In this document: positions 46,620 through 55,902 of the stretch, piece after piece
How positions within the stretch are numbered: the first letter of the stretch is position 1
Layout: each line of letters opens with the position of its first letter
Assembly (NCBI GenBank): GCA_020637805.1
Contig: JACKJU010000013.1
Coordinates: 19,008-83,007, forward strand
DNA length: 64,000 bases
Direction of reading: 5' to 3'
Source: Nitratireductor sp.
GTDB lineage: Bacteria; Pseudomonadota; Alphaproteobacteria; Rhizobiales; Rhizobiaceae
Translations under genes and position numbers: made by a program
The notes under the pieces: generated by a model
The model's database searches: none
The model's input: only the letters and a program-made list of their open reading frames with translations
Told to the model about the DNA's origin: nothing

Positions 46620-47405
46620 ATGACCGGTTCTTCTGCGAGTGCCTCGACAGAGGCAAACGGTTTTGCCGCGGGAATGCGCGCGAGCGTTCCCATCCTGGTG
46701 CCCATTTCATTTTTCGGAATGATGTTCGGCGCGGCAGCGATTGCAGCCGGCCAGACGCTTGCAAACACCATCTGGGCCTCGATCGCGATCTTCGCAGGCG
46801 CGAGCCAGTTCGTGTTTCTGGAAGTCTACCGGGCCGGTGTTCCGGTCTGGTCGGTCGCGCTTGCGGTGTTCGCCGTCAATTTCCGGCATCTGCTCTATTC
46901 GGCTGCGCTGGCAAGCAAGATCAGGCATTACGGCCCGCTGCAGAAGTTCTTCGCCTTTTTCCTGCTGACCGATTTGCAGTTTGCCGTTGTCGAGAACCAG
47001 GCTCTGCGTCTGGGCAAGTCGGGCCGGGTTTCATTTGCCTTCTACATCGGCTTCGGCGCGATTGCCTATGTGGTCTGGATCGTGATGACTGCAATAGGCG
47101 GGCTGTTCGGCAGCCTTATCGAAAACCCGAGAACCTTCGGTCTGGATTTCATTCTGCCGGTCTACTTCGCCACCATTCTTATGGGTTTCCGCAAGCGTGA
47201 CCGGTTCCTGGCAATTGCAATTGCCAGCACCGTGGTTGCGGTACTGGTTCACCGCACGATTGGCGCACCTTGGCATATCTCGCTTGGCGCGCTGGCCGGT
47301 ATCGCCGTTGCGGCATTGATGGCAAAGAATGGTGAGGTCGAAACCGAAGGTGCCGCGGAAGAAGCTGCACTTGAAAGCACCAGCGGCAAGGTGGACAGGT
47401 CATGA
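46620..47405 (+). CDS. azlC: AzlC family branched-chain amino acid exporter
   Basis: FAGASQF, VNFRHLLY, LTD, GLDF motifs. Confidence 0.88.
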   Translation: MTGSSASASTEANGFAAGMRASVPILVPISFFGMMFGAAAIAAGQTLANTIWASIAIFAGASQFVFLEVYRAGVPVWSVALAVFAVNFRHLLYSAALASKIRHYGPLQKFFAFFLLTDLQFAVVENQALRLGKSGRVSFAFYIGFGAIAYVVWIVMTAIGGLFGSLIENPRTFGLDFILPVYFATILMGFRKRDRFLAIAIASTVVAVLVHRTIGAPWHISLGALAGIAVAALMAKNGEVETEGAAEEAALESTSGKVDRS

Positions 47406-47725
47406 ACGGCGTTGTTGCCCTGTACGAAGCGCATCAGGCCGCGTTCGTGATCGCCTTGCTGGGGCTGATTACGCTGGCCACACGTGCGGGCGGATACCTG
47501 GTGCTTGCGCGTTTCAAGCGAATTCCCGCCCGCCTCGAGGCTGCCCTCGAAGCTGTACCGGTTGCGGTGATCTCCACGCTTGTCGTACCACCGGCATTTT
47601 CGGGCGGCGTGGCCGAGTTCGCCACGGTGGCGTTTGCCGTTGTCGCGTGCATGCGGCTGCCATCCATGGTGGTTATCCTGGCAGGGCTCGGGTTGATCGT
47701 GGGCCTGCGGATGGTTGGGCTGTAG
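47402..47725 (+). CDS. azlD: AzlD family small membrane subunit
   Basis: Overlaps the azlC stop (ATGA); hydrophobic; ALEAVPVAV motif. Confidence 0.82.
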   Translation: MNGVVALYEAHQAAFVIALLGLITLATRAGGYLVLARFKRIPARLEAALEAVPVAVISTLVVPPAFSGGVAEFATVAFAVVACMRLPSMVVILAGLGLIVGLRMVGL

Positions 47726-47750
47726 CAGGCTGGCACCTAGCCAGCGTCCA

Positions 47751-49589
47751 TCAGAGCTTCCGGGTAGCCTGCTTGAGCCATTTCTTGTCGTCTGCATCGA
47801 GATGCGGTGACAATGCCTCATGGACGCGGGCATGATAGCCGTTGAGCCACGCCTTCTCGTTTGCGTGCAGCAGCGACTTGTCGATCAGCCGCAGATCGAT
47901 CGGGCAAAGGGTGATCGTCTCGAAGCCAAGCATGGCCGAATCGCCTCCCGGGACTTCCTCCGGCGCGGTGACGATGACGAGATTTTCGATCCGGATTCCG
48001 TATTCGCCCTCGCGGTAATAGCCCGGTTCGTTCGAGATGATCATGCCGGGCAGGAGTTTCTCCATTCCGCGCCGCGAAATCGACTGCGGGCCTTCATGCA
48101 CGTTCAGGTAGGAGCCAATTCCGTGGCCCGTGCCATGTGCATAGTCCTTCCCGTGCTGCCAGAGCGCGCTTCGGGCAAACGGATCGAGATCGATCCCGCG
48201 CGTGCCATCCGGAAAGCGGGCGGTCGCAACGGCGATGTGCCCCTTCAAAACAAGGGTGAAATCGGTGATTGCACGTGCGGGTGGCTCGCCAATGGCGACG
48301 GTGCGCGTGATGTCGGTGGTGCCATCTGGATACTGTCCGCCCGAATCCACCAGGTAGAGAGACCGGTCTTCGATGGTGGCGTCAGTTTGGCGCGTCACGC
48401 GGTAGTGCACGATCGCGCCGTTGGCTCCTGCTCCCGAAATCGTGTCGAAGGAGATTTCGCGTAACTCGCTGCCCATCTCCCGCGCGGTTGTTTCGCGGAA
48501 TTCCTCCAGCCGGGTGGCGGCCACAATCTCCGTGATGCTTCCGGCGGGTTGCCGGTCAAGCCAGGCAAGAAACCGGACCATGGCAACGCCATCGCGAAGA
48601 TGGGCGTGGCGTGCGCCCTCAAGTTCCGTGTCGTTCTTGACGGCCCTGAGCAGGGAGACCGGATCGCGTTTCTGTATCAGCCGGCCGCCGCTTTCCGTTA
48701 TCGTCTGGGCGAGTGCGACGGCCACAAGCGATGGATCGCAGTGGAACGACCTTTCCGGGGCCAGTCCTTCCAGCGTGGTCACTAACCTCTCTGGCTGAAC
48801 CAGCTTTGCGAGGCGCCGCATTTCTTCTTCCGTTGCCGCATCCAGCTTGCGCCTGTCGATGAACAGAACGGGCATGTTGTCGCCGTCCACGCTGGCATTC
48901 GCGGGAATGATGGCGAAGGCAAGCGCCAGCGGATTGTGAACGAGGTCGCTGCCTCGGATGTTGAACGTCCAGGCAATCGATGCCGGATCGGTCATGATCA
49001 GGAAATCAGCCTTGTCCACTCGAAGGGTCTCCCGGATTGCCGAGAGCTTGTCCGAAGCGGTTCTGCCTGAATATTCCAGCGGATGCAGGATTGCCCGTCC
49101 GAGCGGTGCAGGCGGTTGGTCGGGCCAGACGCGGTCGATCAGGTTGTCCAGTGGGACAAGCTCGGCCCCGGCTGATTCGGCAACCTTCTCCCAGCTCTTG
49201 TGCTGAGCGACGGTCATGAGCCACGGATCAAACCCAATGCGTTGCCCGCGCTTCAGCACCTTGGCGAGAAATCGGTCCGGCGATTCGGCTACGATATCCT
49301 TTTGCGTGTAACTGCCGGGATCTGTCTGCTGGCGCAGTTGAACCGTGTAGCGCCCGTCAGAGAAGACGAAGGCATCGTTGAGACCGGCAATTGCAAATCC
49401 CGCCGATCCCGTGAAACCGGTCAGCCATGCAAGGCGCTCGGCACGGGCGGGAAGATATTCGTTTTGATGTTCATCGGCATGCGGCACCAGATACCAGTCG
49501 AGCCGCTCGCCCCGCATTTCGTTTCTCAGAGCGGCAAGCCGCGGCGCACCCTGTTCGCGGGAAGTGGTCGAATCGAATGATTGAAACAT
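47751..49589 (-). CDS. Xaa-Pro aminopeptidase (aminopeptidase P family)
   Basis: GFTGSAG, DSGGQY..GTTDITRT, HGTGHG, VHEGP, NEPGYY, GIRIEN motifs. Confidence 0.94.
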   Translation of the reverse strand: MFQSFDSTTSREQGAPRLAALRNEMRGERLDWYLVPHADEHQNEYLPARAERLAWLTGFTGSAGFAIAGLNDAFVFSDGRYTVQLRQQTDPGSYTQKDIVAESPDRFLAKVLKRGQRIGFDPWLMTVAQHKSWEKVAESAGAELVPLDNLIDRVWPDQPPAPLGRAILHPLEYSGRTASDKLSAIRETLRVDKADFLIMTDPASIAWTFNIRGSDLVHNPLALAFAIIPANASVDGDNMPVLFIDRRKLDAATEEEMRRLAKLVQPERLVTTLEGLAPERSFHCDPSLVAVALAQTITESGGRLIQKRDPVSLLRAVKNDTELEGARHAHLRDGVAMVRFLAWLDRQPAGSITEIVAATRLEEFRETTAREMGSELREISFDTISGAGANGAIVHYRVTRQTDATIEDRSLYLVDSGGQYPDGTTDITRTVAIGEPPARAITDFTLVLKGHIAVATARFPDGTRGIDLDPFARSALWQHGKDYAHGTGHGIGSYLNVHEGPQSISRRGMEKLLPGMIISNEPGYYREGEYGIRIENLVIVTAPEEVPGGDSAMLGFETITLCPIDLRLIDKSLLHANEKAWLNGYHARVHEALSPHLDADDKKWLKQATRKL

Positions 49590-49642
49590 GTGTATTGGCG
49601 GCTCCGAAGGTTACCAGTGTATGAAAGCAGGCCTGCGTTTTT

Positions 49643-49685
49643 TGCAATGCAGCATTGCCGATGTGGCTCTTGTTGCAGAGCAGCA
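49643..49685 (+). promoter_or_regulatory. Two PhaR/AniA-like boxes upstream of the small ORF
   Basis: TGCAATGCAGCA (49643-49654) and TGCAGAGCAGCA (49674-49685), 31 bp apart. Confidence 0.45.
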
Positions 49686-49739
49686 AATACCCCATTTTAA
49701 CAGCGTGGAGGAGATTGATACAAACAAAGGATCAACAAG

Positions 49740-49916
49740 ATGTCTTTCTTTGGCAATCTCGGCAAACGCATGATTGAAGCTCGTGAACGCGAGGCTCGCC
49801 GTCATGTATCAAACGTTCTTCTGTCGCTCGACGACGCTTCCCTCAACGGCATGGGCCTTTCGCGCCACCAGTTGAAACGCGACGCTCGTGGCGCCCACAG
49901 CTCGGTGATGCTGTAA
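49740..49916 (+). CDS. 58-aa DUF1127/YjiS-like small protein (below the ORF-track cutoff)
   Basis: MSFFGNLGKRMIEAREREARRHVSNVLLSLDDASLNGMGLSRHQLKRDARGAHSSVML; AAGGA RBS; LxxLDDxxLxxxGLSR motif. Confidence 0.75.
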   Translation: MSFFGNLGKRMIEAREREARRHVSNVLLSLDDASLNGMGLSRHQLKRDARGAHSSVML

Positions 49917-50057
49917 TCTACCTTGCGTTTCCCCGGAAATGCAAAGGGGTGCGGGTGGTGAAGCTGGCAGCTTGTCCGTTTCGCGACAAACATGGTCCAG
50001 CGTTGGGGCAACCGGAAAACGGACTGAATTCCGGTTCATTGATGCTTGCAGTTTGCT

Positions 50058-50088
50058 GAAAAAGGCCGGGAGCGATCCCGGCCTTTTC
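50058..50088. terminator. Bidirectional intrinsic terminator
   Basis: AAAAAGGCCGGGA-GCGA-TCCCGGCCTTTT between the convergent small ORF and prmA. Confidence 0.8.
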
Positions 50089-50129
50089 GCTTTCGTCGTG
50101 GCTTTCCCGGTTGAATGCACTCGCGGATA

Positions 50130-51011
50130 TCAGGCGCGCATGTCGCGCATGAGCAGGGTCAGCCAGCCATTTCGGATGATGGCGCGATCCAGCCGCAGTC
50201 CCTGCGCACGGTAGGCGGCAACGATCCGCGCCTGCTGGTGCGGCAGCAGTCCGGAAAGAATCACCGATCCGCCGCGCCCAAGATGGGCGGCAAGGGCAGG
50301 GGCCAGCTTCTGCAGCGGGCCTGCCAGAATATTGGCCACGATCAGGTCGAAGGGCACACGCTGGCCAAAACGCAAATGGTTGAAACCGACGGCGGGAATG
50401 GCTTCGACCAGGTTGCCGACCTTGTTGATCCGTGCATTCTGTTTCGTCACTTCAACAGACACCGGATCGATATCGCTGGCGAGTACGGATATTCTGGTTG
50501 CCTTTGCGATGGCGATCGCCAGAACACCTGAACCGGTCCCCAGATCAAGGGCGTTGACGGGCTGGCGCCGCTTCAACTCGTCTCCAATCATTTCAAGGCA
50601 ACCGGCTGTAGTGCCGTGATGGCCCGTCCCGAAGGCAAGCCCTGCATCTATCAGGATGGCGTGCTCATTTGCCGAGGCGCATCCGGCATCGTGGCTGCCA
50701 TGCACGACAAAACGCCCGGCGCGCACGGGGGCCAGTTCGCTCAGTGTCTTTTCCACCCAGCCGCCATCCTCGAGTTCCTCGTGCTGGAGCTTGCCATGTG
50801 CATCTTCTCCAAGAACCTCGAGTATTCGCGCTCCGGCGTTCCCGGTTTCCCCGGCGGGCACATAAACCGATATGTTCCAGGTACCCGTTTTTTCATCAAC
50901 CTCGAAGGCGGACACGGGAAACCCGTCTGCCTCGAACTCGGCCTCAAGCCGGGTGGCAGCCTTCACGGCAGCATCCTGCGGCATGTCGAAATGCAGTCTC
51001 GTCTGGCTCAT
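50130..51011 (-). CDS. prmA: Ribosomal protein L11 methyltransferase
   Basis: AFGTGHHGTT, LDLGTGSGVLAI, ANILA, SGLL motifs. Confidence 0.93.
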   Translation of the reverse strand: MSQTRLHFDMPQDAAVKAATRLEAEFEADGFPVSAFEVDEKTGTWNISVYVPAGETGNAGARILEVLGEDAHGKLQHEELEDGGWVEKTLSELAPVRAGRFVVHGSHDAGCASANEHAILIDAGLAFGTGHHGTTAGCLEMIGDELKRRQPVNALDLGTGSGVLAIAIAKATRISVLASDIDPVSVEVTKQNARINKVGNLVEAIPAVGFNHLRFGQRVPFDLIVANILAGPLQKLAPALAAHLGRGGSVILSGLLPHQQARIVAAYRAQGLRLDRAIIRNGWLTLLMRDMRA

Positions 51012-52849
51012 TTGCCGCTTTCCTGCTCCTTGCCGTTTCCGGCGTTCAAGGCTTCACCCTCACTGTTTCGCAGTTTTGGACCGAAGGTAAGGACGATGTT
51101 GCCCGGATTTGGAACACTTTCCTTGTCGGTAGAGGCGAAGCGGAACTCCCCGCTCGAACGGACCCAGAGAAGAATGATGGTTCCTTCGGGCCTCGATTTC
51201 AGAAAGTCTTCGTATCCGAATTCATCGGTAATCGGGGTCGAGGTAAAGACCCAACCCTGAAGCATGCGTTCGTTCAATTCCTCGAAGCCGTAGCCTTCCT
51301 TTGTCAGGGGGCGCCCGCCGATGGTGAAATGAAGATCGCGGCGTTCGTTCTCGCCGCGTCCGCCGAGCTGGAAGACCCGGTTGCGCCCGATTTCGGGGCC
51401 GAGCTGCGTACAGACCAGCGCATTGTAGGCGGTGTTATCGGATGCAGCGATACACGCTGCCCAGCTGTGCAGGTTGAGTTCGTTGTGGGCGCGCTCCGAC
51501 ATGACGTCGCCGAAATAGGTCGGGATATTGCGTTGCCGCGATGGAGCCAGATGGTTCCAGTTGTCGTCTGTAACGCGAACCGGTGTACCCATCGCCATGA
51601 CCTTCTCGGCCAGCGCCGTGGTCCAGAGCGAACCGCCGACGATCAGCAATCCAGGCTTTGCATCCGAACGCAGGCCCAGCATGCGTGCCATCGGTGCCAG
51701 CGAAAAACCGTGCAGCAGGATGGTCGCCGTCACCACCGCAAAGGTGTAGGCGATCATCTTCTGAGCGCCTTCCATGCCGAGATCCATCATCGTGGCACTG
51801 AACAGGCCGGTTACCGCCACGGCGACGATACCGCGCGGCGCGATCCAGGCCGTGAGAAGCTTTTCCTGCCAGGTGATGCCGGTGCCGAGCGTGGCAACAA
51901 AAACCGCAATCGGACGCACCACAAACAGGATGGCAAAGACGAAGGCTGCAGCTTCCCAGCCAAGCGAGAAGATTGTCTCGCGGGTGAGTGAGGCGGTCAA
52001 AAGCACGAAGACGCCCGAGACCAGAAGAACGGTGATCGTTTCCTTGAAGCGGCGCATCTCGGCCAGGCTGGCTATGCGCGAATTGGCGAGGACGATGCCC
52101 ATTACAGTGACGGTGAGCAGCCCTGCTTCTTCCAGCAGCAGATTGGTTGCAGAAAAGGCCATCAGGGCCAATGCGACCAGTACCGGTGCCTTGAGGAATT
52201 CCGGCACGTGGCCGCGCGTGAACAGCCAGACGACGGTTCGTGCAAGCAGCCATGCGCCACCGATGGCAACGCCGAATGCGAGGAACACCTCCAGCAGCAG
52301 CGAAGATGCCTCATGGCCCGAGTTCAGCACGAGAATGATCTCAAAGGCTATGACTGCATAGAGCGCGCCCAGCGGATCGTTGATGATCGCCTCCCAGCGC
52401 AGCAGGGATGCGGGGCGTGTTTTCAGATGTGCCTGTCGCAGCATCGGCATGATGACGGTGGGGCCGGTGACCACGAGAATTCCGCCCAGCACGATTGCCA
52501 CCTGCCAGGAAAGCCCGCCGGCATAATGGCCGGCAAGGGAACCCAGGAGAAAGGCGAGGGGGCCGCCGATGATGATCAGCCGCCTAACGGCTTTCGATGT
52601 TTCCCGGATTTCACGGAAGTTGAGCGTCAGTCCGCCCTCGAACAGGATGATCGCCACGGCAAGTGAAACGACCGGTCTATATATCTCGCCGAAATCGCGT
52701 GAAACGTCGATGACGTGAAAACCGGGACCGAGAAGTAGTCCGCCCAGCAACAGAAGGGCAATCGCCGGAAGGTGCAGACGCCAGGCAAACCATTGCGCGG
52801 CAATGCCGGCGAACCCGATGATCGCCAGCTTCAGACTGACATCATGCAT
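51008..52849 (-). CDS. CPA1/NhaP-type cation:proton antiporter with C-terminal RCK-like domain
   Basis: ILFEGG, VTGPTV, WEAIINDP, APRGIVA motifs. Confidence 0.88.
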   Translation of the reverse strand: MHDVSLKLAIIGFAGIAAQWFAWRLHLPAIALLLLGGLLLGPGFHVIDVSRDFGEIYRPVVSLAVAIILFEGGLTLNFREIRETSKAVRRLIIIGGPLAFLLGSLAGHYAGGLSWQVAIVLGGILVVTGPTVIMPMLRQAHLKTRPASLLRWEAIINDPLGALYAVIAFEIILVLNSGHEASSLLLEVFLAFGVAIGGAWLLARTVVWLFTRGHVPEFLKAPVLVALALMAFSATNLLLEEAGLLTVTVMGIVLANSRIASLAEMRRFKETITVLLVSGVFVLLTASLTRETIFSLGWEAAAFVFAILFVVRPIAVFVATLGTGITWQEKLLTAWIAPRGIVAVAVTGLFSATMMDLGMEGAQKMIAYTFAVVTATILLHGFSLAPMARMLGLRSDAKPGLLIVGGSLWTTALAEKVMAMGTPVRVTDDNWNHLAPSRQRNIPTYFGDVMSERAHNELNLHSWAACIAASDNTAYNALVCTQLGPEIGRNRVFQLGGRGENERRDLHFTIGGRPLTKEGYGFEELNERMLQGWVFTSTPITDEFGYEDFLKSRPEGTIILLWVRSSGEFRFASTDKESVPNPGNIVLTFGPKLRNSEGEALNAGNGKEQESGK

Positions 52850-53032
52850 GCAAAAACTCCGCTATGATCGCACCGGAAAACGGGTCCGCGTGACCCGTGT
52901 TCGAAGTACACCGGCCTAAACCGGCTGGCAATGACAAAGCGGGTGAGATAGTCGCAACGCGAATACCACACAAGAGCCAATAGCGGGCGATCCTCGCGCG
53001 AAGTTGACCGCTGGCCCGTTTTTCCGGCGCGC

Positions 53033-53371
53033 TTAGAGAGCGTCCTTGCCGGTTTCACCTGTACGAATCCGCATGGCGCTTTCGAGATCGATCACGAAAA
53101 TCTTGCCGTCGCCGATCTTGTTCTGGCAGGCGGCATCGCGAATGGTTTCGACAACCCGGTCGGCAACATCCTCGTTGACGGCGGCCTCGATCTTGACTTT
53201 AGGAATGTAATGAATGGCGTATTCAGCGCCGCGGTATATCTCGGTATGGCCCTTCTGGCGGCCATAGCCGCGCACTTCGGTAACGGTCAGCCCGTCCACG
53301 CCGATCCTGCTCAATGCCTCGCGAACGTCATCTAGCTTGTGGGGCTGGATTATGGCGGTGATCCATTTCAT
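53033..53371 (-). CDS. glnK: P-II nitrogen regulatory protein
   Basis: GYGRQKGHTEIYRGAEY T-loop, IGDGKIFV, RIRTGE; 112 aa; adjacent to amt. Confidence 0.92.
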   Translation of the reverse strand: MKWITAIIQPHKLDDVREALSRIGVDGLTVTEVRGYGRQKGHTEIYRGAEYAIHYIPKVKIEAAVNEDVADRVVETIRDAACQNKIGDGKIFVIDLESAMRIRTGETGKDAL

Positions 53372-53429
53372 CTGTTGGCTCCCTTGTATGCCGTGAGGCG
53401 CACGCCGGGCCTGCCGGCGTGCAATTCAG

Positions 53430-54638
53430 TTACAGACGGTAACCCGTTTCGCCATGGTAAGTGAAGTCCAGACCTTCGACTTCCTCGTCGCGCGAAACCC
53501 TGAAGCCGGTAACCGCCTTGGCAATCATGACGATGATGACGGTCGCTACCGCTGACCATACCGCGGTCACGGCCACGCCTGTTGCCTGCACCAGGAATTG
53601 CTGGCCAGCGCCAACGCCTTCGGCAAGACCGGCCCCGCCATAGCCCACTGCAGCCAGGAAAGGCACGAGCAGGGTTCCGGTAGCGCCGCCGATGCCGTGA
53701 ACGGCAAGAACGTCAAGGCTGTCGTCGATCTTCATGCGATGCTTGACGATGTCCACGGCGAAGTAGCAGATCACGCCACCTGCAAGTCCGAGCAGAACGC
53801 CGCCAAGCGGACCGACGGTTCCCGAGGCAGGCGTGATCGTCGCAAGCCCCGCAATCGTTCCGGTTACGAGGCCAATCAGCGAGGGCTTGCCGAAGCGCAC
53901 TTTCTCGATGACCAGCCAGACAAGCGATGCGGTGGCGGCCGAGAGGTGTGTAGCAATCAATGCCATGGCTGCATTGCCGTCTGCAGCAACCGCCGATCCG
54001 GCGTTGAAGCCGAACCAGCCAACCCAGAGAAGCGATGCGCCGACCATGACCATCCAAGGTGCATGGGGCGGGTTGACGCGCTCGGGGAAACCTGTGCGCG
54101 CGCCCAGCATGAATGCGATGACGGCTGCCGATACCCCTGCGGTGACATGGACCACGATGCCGCCGGCGAAGTCGATCACGCCGCGTTCGGCCAGCCATCC
54201 GCCGCCCCATACCCAGTGGGTGACCGGGGCGTATACAAGAACAAGCCAAAGCGCGGAAATGAGCATGACAGCGCCGAACTTGATGCGTTCGACGAAGGCG
54301 CCAATCATCAGCGCGGGCGTGATGATGGCAAAGGTCATCTGGAAGGCGGCGAAAAGGGATTCGGGCAGGGTGCCTACCAGCGAGTCGCGCTCGATTCCAG
54401 CCAGGAAGAACTTGCTCATGCCGCCAATCCAGGCATTGCCCTCCGAGAAGGACAGCGAATATCCGAAGGCGAACCACAGGATCGACATCAGGCAGGCGAT
54501 CGCCATGCACTGCATGAGCACGGACAGGATGTTCTTGGCCTGGACGAGGCCTGCATAGAACAGTGCGAGGCCTGGCAGTGTCATCAACAACACGAGCGCT
54601 GTGGATGTGAGTATCCAGCTGGTATCGGCTGCGTTCAT
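53430..54638 (-). CDS. amtB: Ammonium transporter
   Basis: PGLALFY, FQMTFAIIT, DFAGGIVVH, WFGFNAGS, DDSLDV..HG motifs. Confidence 0.96.
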   Translation of the reverse strand: MNAADTSWILTSTALVLLMTLPGLALFYAGLVQAKNILSVLMQCMAIACLMSILWFAFGYSLSFSEGNAWIGGMSKFFLAGIERDSLVGTLPESLFAAFQMTFAIITPALMIGAFVERIKFGAVMLISALWLVLVYAPVTHWVWGGGWLAERGVIDFAGGIVVHVTAGVSAAVIAFMLGARTGFPERVNPPHAPWMVMVGASLLWVGWFGFNAGSAVAADGNAAMALIATHLSAATASLVWLVIEKVRFGKPSLIGLVTGTIAGLATITPASGTVGPLGGVLLGLAGGVICYFAVDIVKHRMKIDDSLDVLAVHGIGGATGTLLVPFLAAVGYGGAGLAEGVGAGQQFLVQATGVAVTAVWSAVATVIIVMIAKAVTGFRVSRDEEVEGLDFTYHGETGYRL

Positions 54639-54822
54639 TCGATTGTCTCCCTCGGAATTCCAGTGTCTCCCCCGTATCTCGCCATCGAGATATCAAGGCG
54701 AGCCACGGCGGAATTCCATCTCCATGACCGTTGTTCGCGGGCAAACCCCAAAGGCTCTGCCGCCAAATTTCATGCAGACAAGCCAAAACATCAGCACAAT
54801 GCAAGAAAAAGATGCTTGATTA

Positions 54823-54898
54823 TGCGAAATGATTAGGCAGTTGTGGATTGATGAAATTGAATGACTATTAATTAGGCGAAATGACTATGAAATAGGCG
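54823..54898. promoter_or_regulatory. Three NtrC-like binding sites upstream of amtB
   Basis: On the minus strand: CGCCTATTTCATAGTCA, CGCCTAATTAATAGTCA (20-bp tandem) and TGCCTAATCATTTCGCA. Confidence 0.6.
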
Positions 54899-55003
54899 AG
54901 GATCGCTCGTGCTTGTCTAGAAACATCCGGCGTCGAGACCGCCCGTGAGTGGGTAGCAGACCCGGGAACAGCGAACGGGGAATCCCAGATAGGTCCTGAA
55001 AAC

Positions 55004-55038
55004 AAAAAAAGCAGGCCGGGGACAAGGACCCGGCCTGC
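55004..55038 (-). terminator. Intrinsic terminator (minus strand)
   Basis: GCAGGCCGGG/CCCGGCCTGC 10-bp stem with an A7 run on the plus strand (U7 tail on the minus strand). Confidence 0.8.
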
Positions 55039-55162
55039 TCTGAAGCCTGCTATTGACTCACCTGGCAGGCATTTCCGGCAGTTCGCGACGGAGGGGGGAG
55101 AGAGAACGTCGGGGGTGAACTGACGGAAAATTCGATGGTGTTATCGGCTCGTTCGCAGAGCC

Positions 55163-55717
55163 TCACTGTTGTGGCGGCTGCGGCGGTGCCATGCGCGGGG
55201 GATTGCCGCCACCGCGGTAATCGTCCCTGCCATTGCCCTTGCGCCAATCGCGGTCGCCATGACCGCGCCAGCGATGGTCGTCGTGACCCCAGCTGCGATC
55301 TCCGACAGAGTACAGGCGAGCCATGACTTCGCCCTTCTGGTTGTCGTCGAGAAGGTTGTAGAATTTCACGAGATCGGGAATGAGCTGGTCGGCGCGGCGC
55401 TCGAATTCAGCCGTGATCTGATCGCGAAGCTGGTTTGCTTCTTCCTCGGTCAGGGTGTTGTCGGCTGTGAGTTCCTTGAGCTTGCTCTTCAGATCGACCA
55501 GGAATTCGGCGCTCGAAAGGCGCATTCCGCTGAACTCGGTTGCCATGTCCTTGAAGGCGGCCTTCTGTTCCTCGTTCAGCCCGAGGCGCTGTGTCACGCG
55601 TTCGGTTGCGAAATTGGCACGGGCATCGGGTGAATCGAAGCGTGTCTTGGCTGCGAATGCGGAAGTGCCAAGCAGGGCAACAACCACACCGCCAATGATC
55701 CAACTGCGTTTCGTCAT
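55163..55717 (-). CDS. Spy/CpxP-like periplasmic helical protein
   Basis: Signal peptide; two LTxxQ-like motifs (LGLNEEQK, LLDDNQK); Gly/Asp/His/Arg/Pro-rich tail. Confidence 0.7.
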   Translation of the reverse strand: MTKRSWIIGGVVVALLGTSAFAAKTRFDSPDARANFATERVTQRLGLNEEQKAAFKDMATEFSGMRLSSAEFLVDLKSKLKELTADNTLTEEEANQLRDQITAEFERRADQLIPDLVKFYNLLDDNQKGEVMARLYSVGDRSWGHDDHRWRGHGDRDWRKGNGRDDYRGGGNPPRMAPPQPPQQ

Positions 55718-55902
55718 GGTAGTGTCCTTCCTCTGGAGACCATCTGTTTCGGTGCCGTCCGTGTGTTTCCAAGATGGTAGCTGGAGAGAGGTGTTGCAAA
55801 TTACAGCTTCGTAAACTGTATTACATTTTCTTAATGTTGATCGTGCGCCTGTTGCGGGGTCTGCGCAGGCATAACCTACTCAAGACCGATTGCGGATACT
55901 CC

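Noticed and set aside
54861-54900. Tandem 20-bp repeat (and the one at 13348-13387) as a CRISPR remnant
   Set aside because: Only two abutting copies, no spacers and no cas genes.
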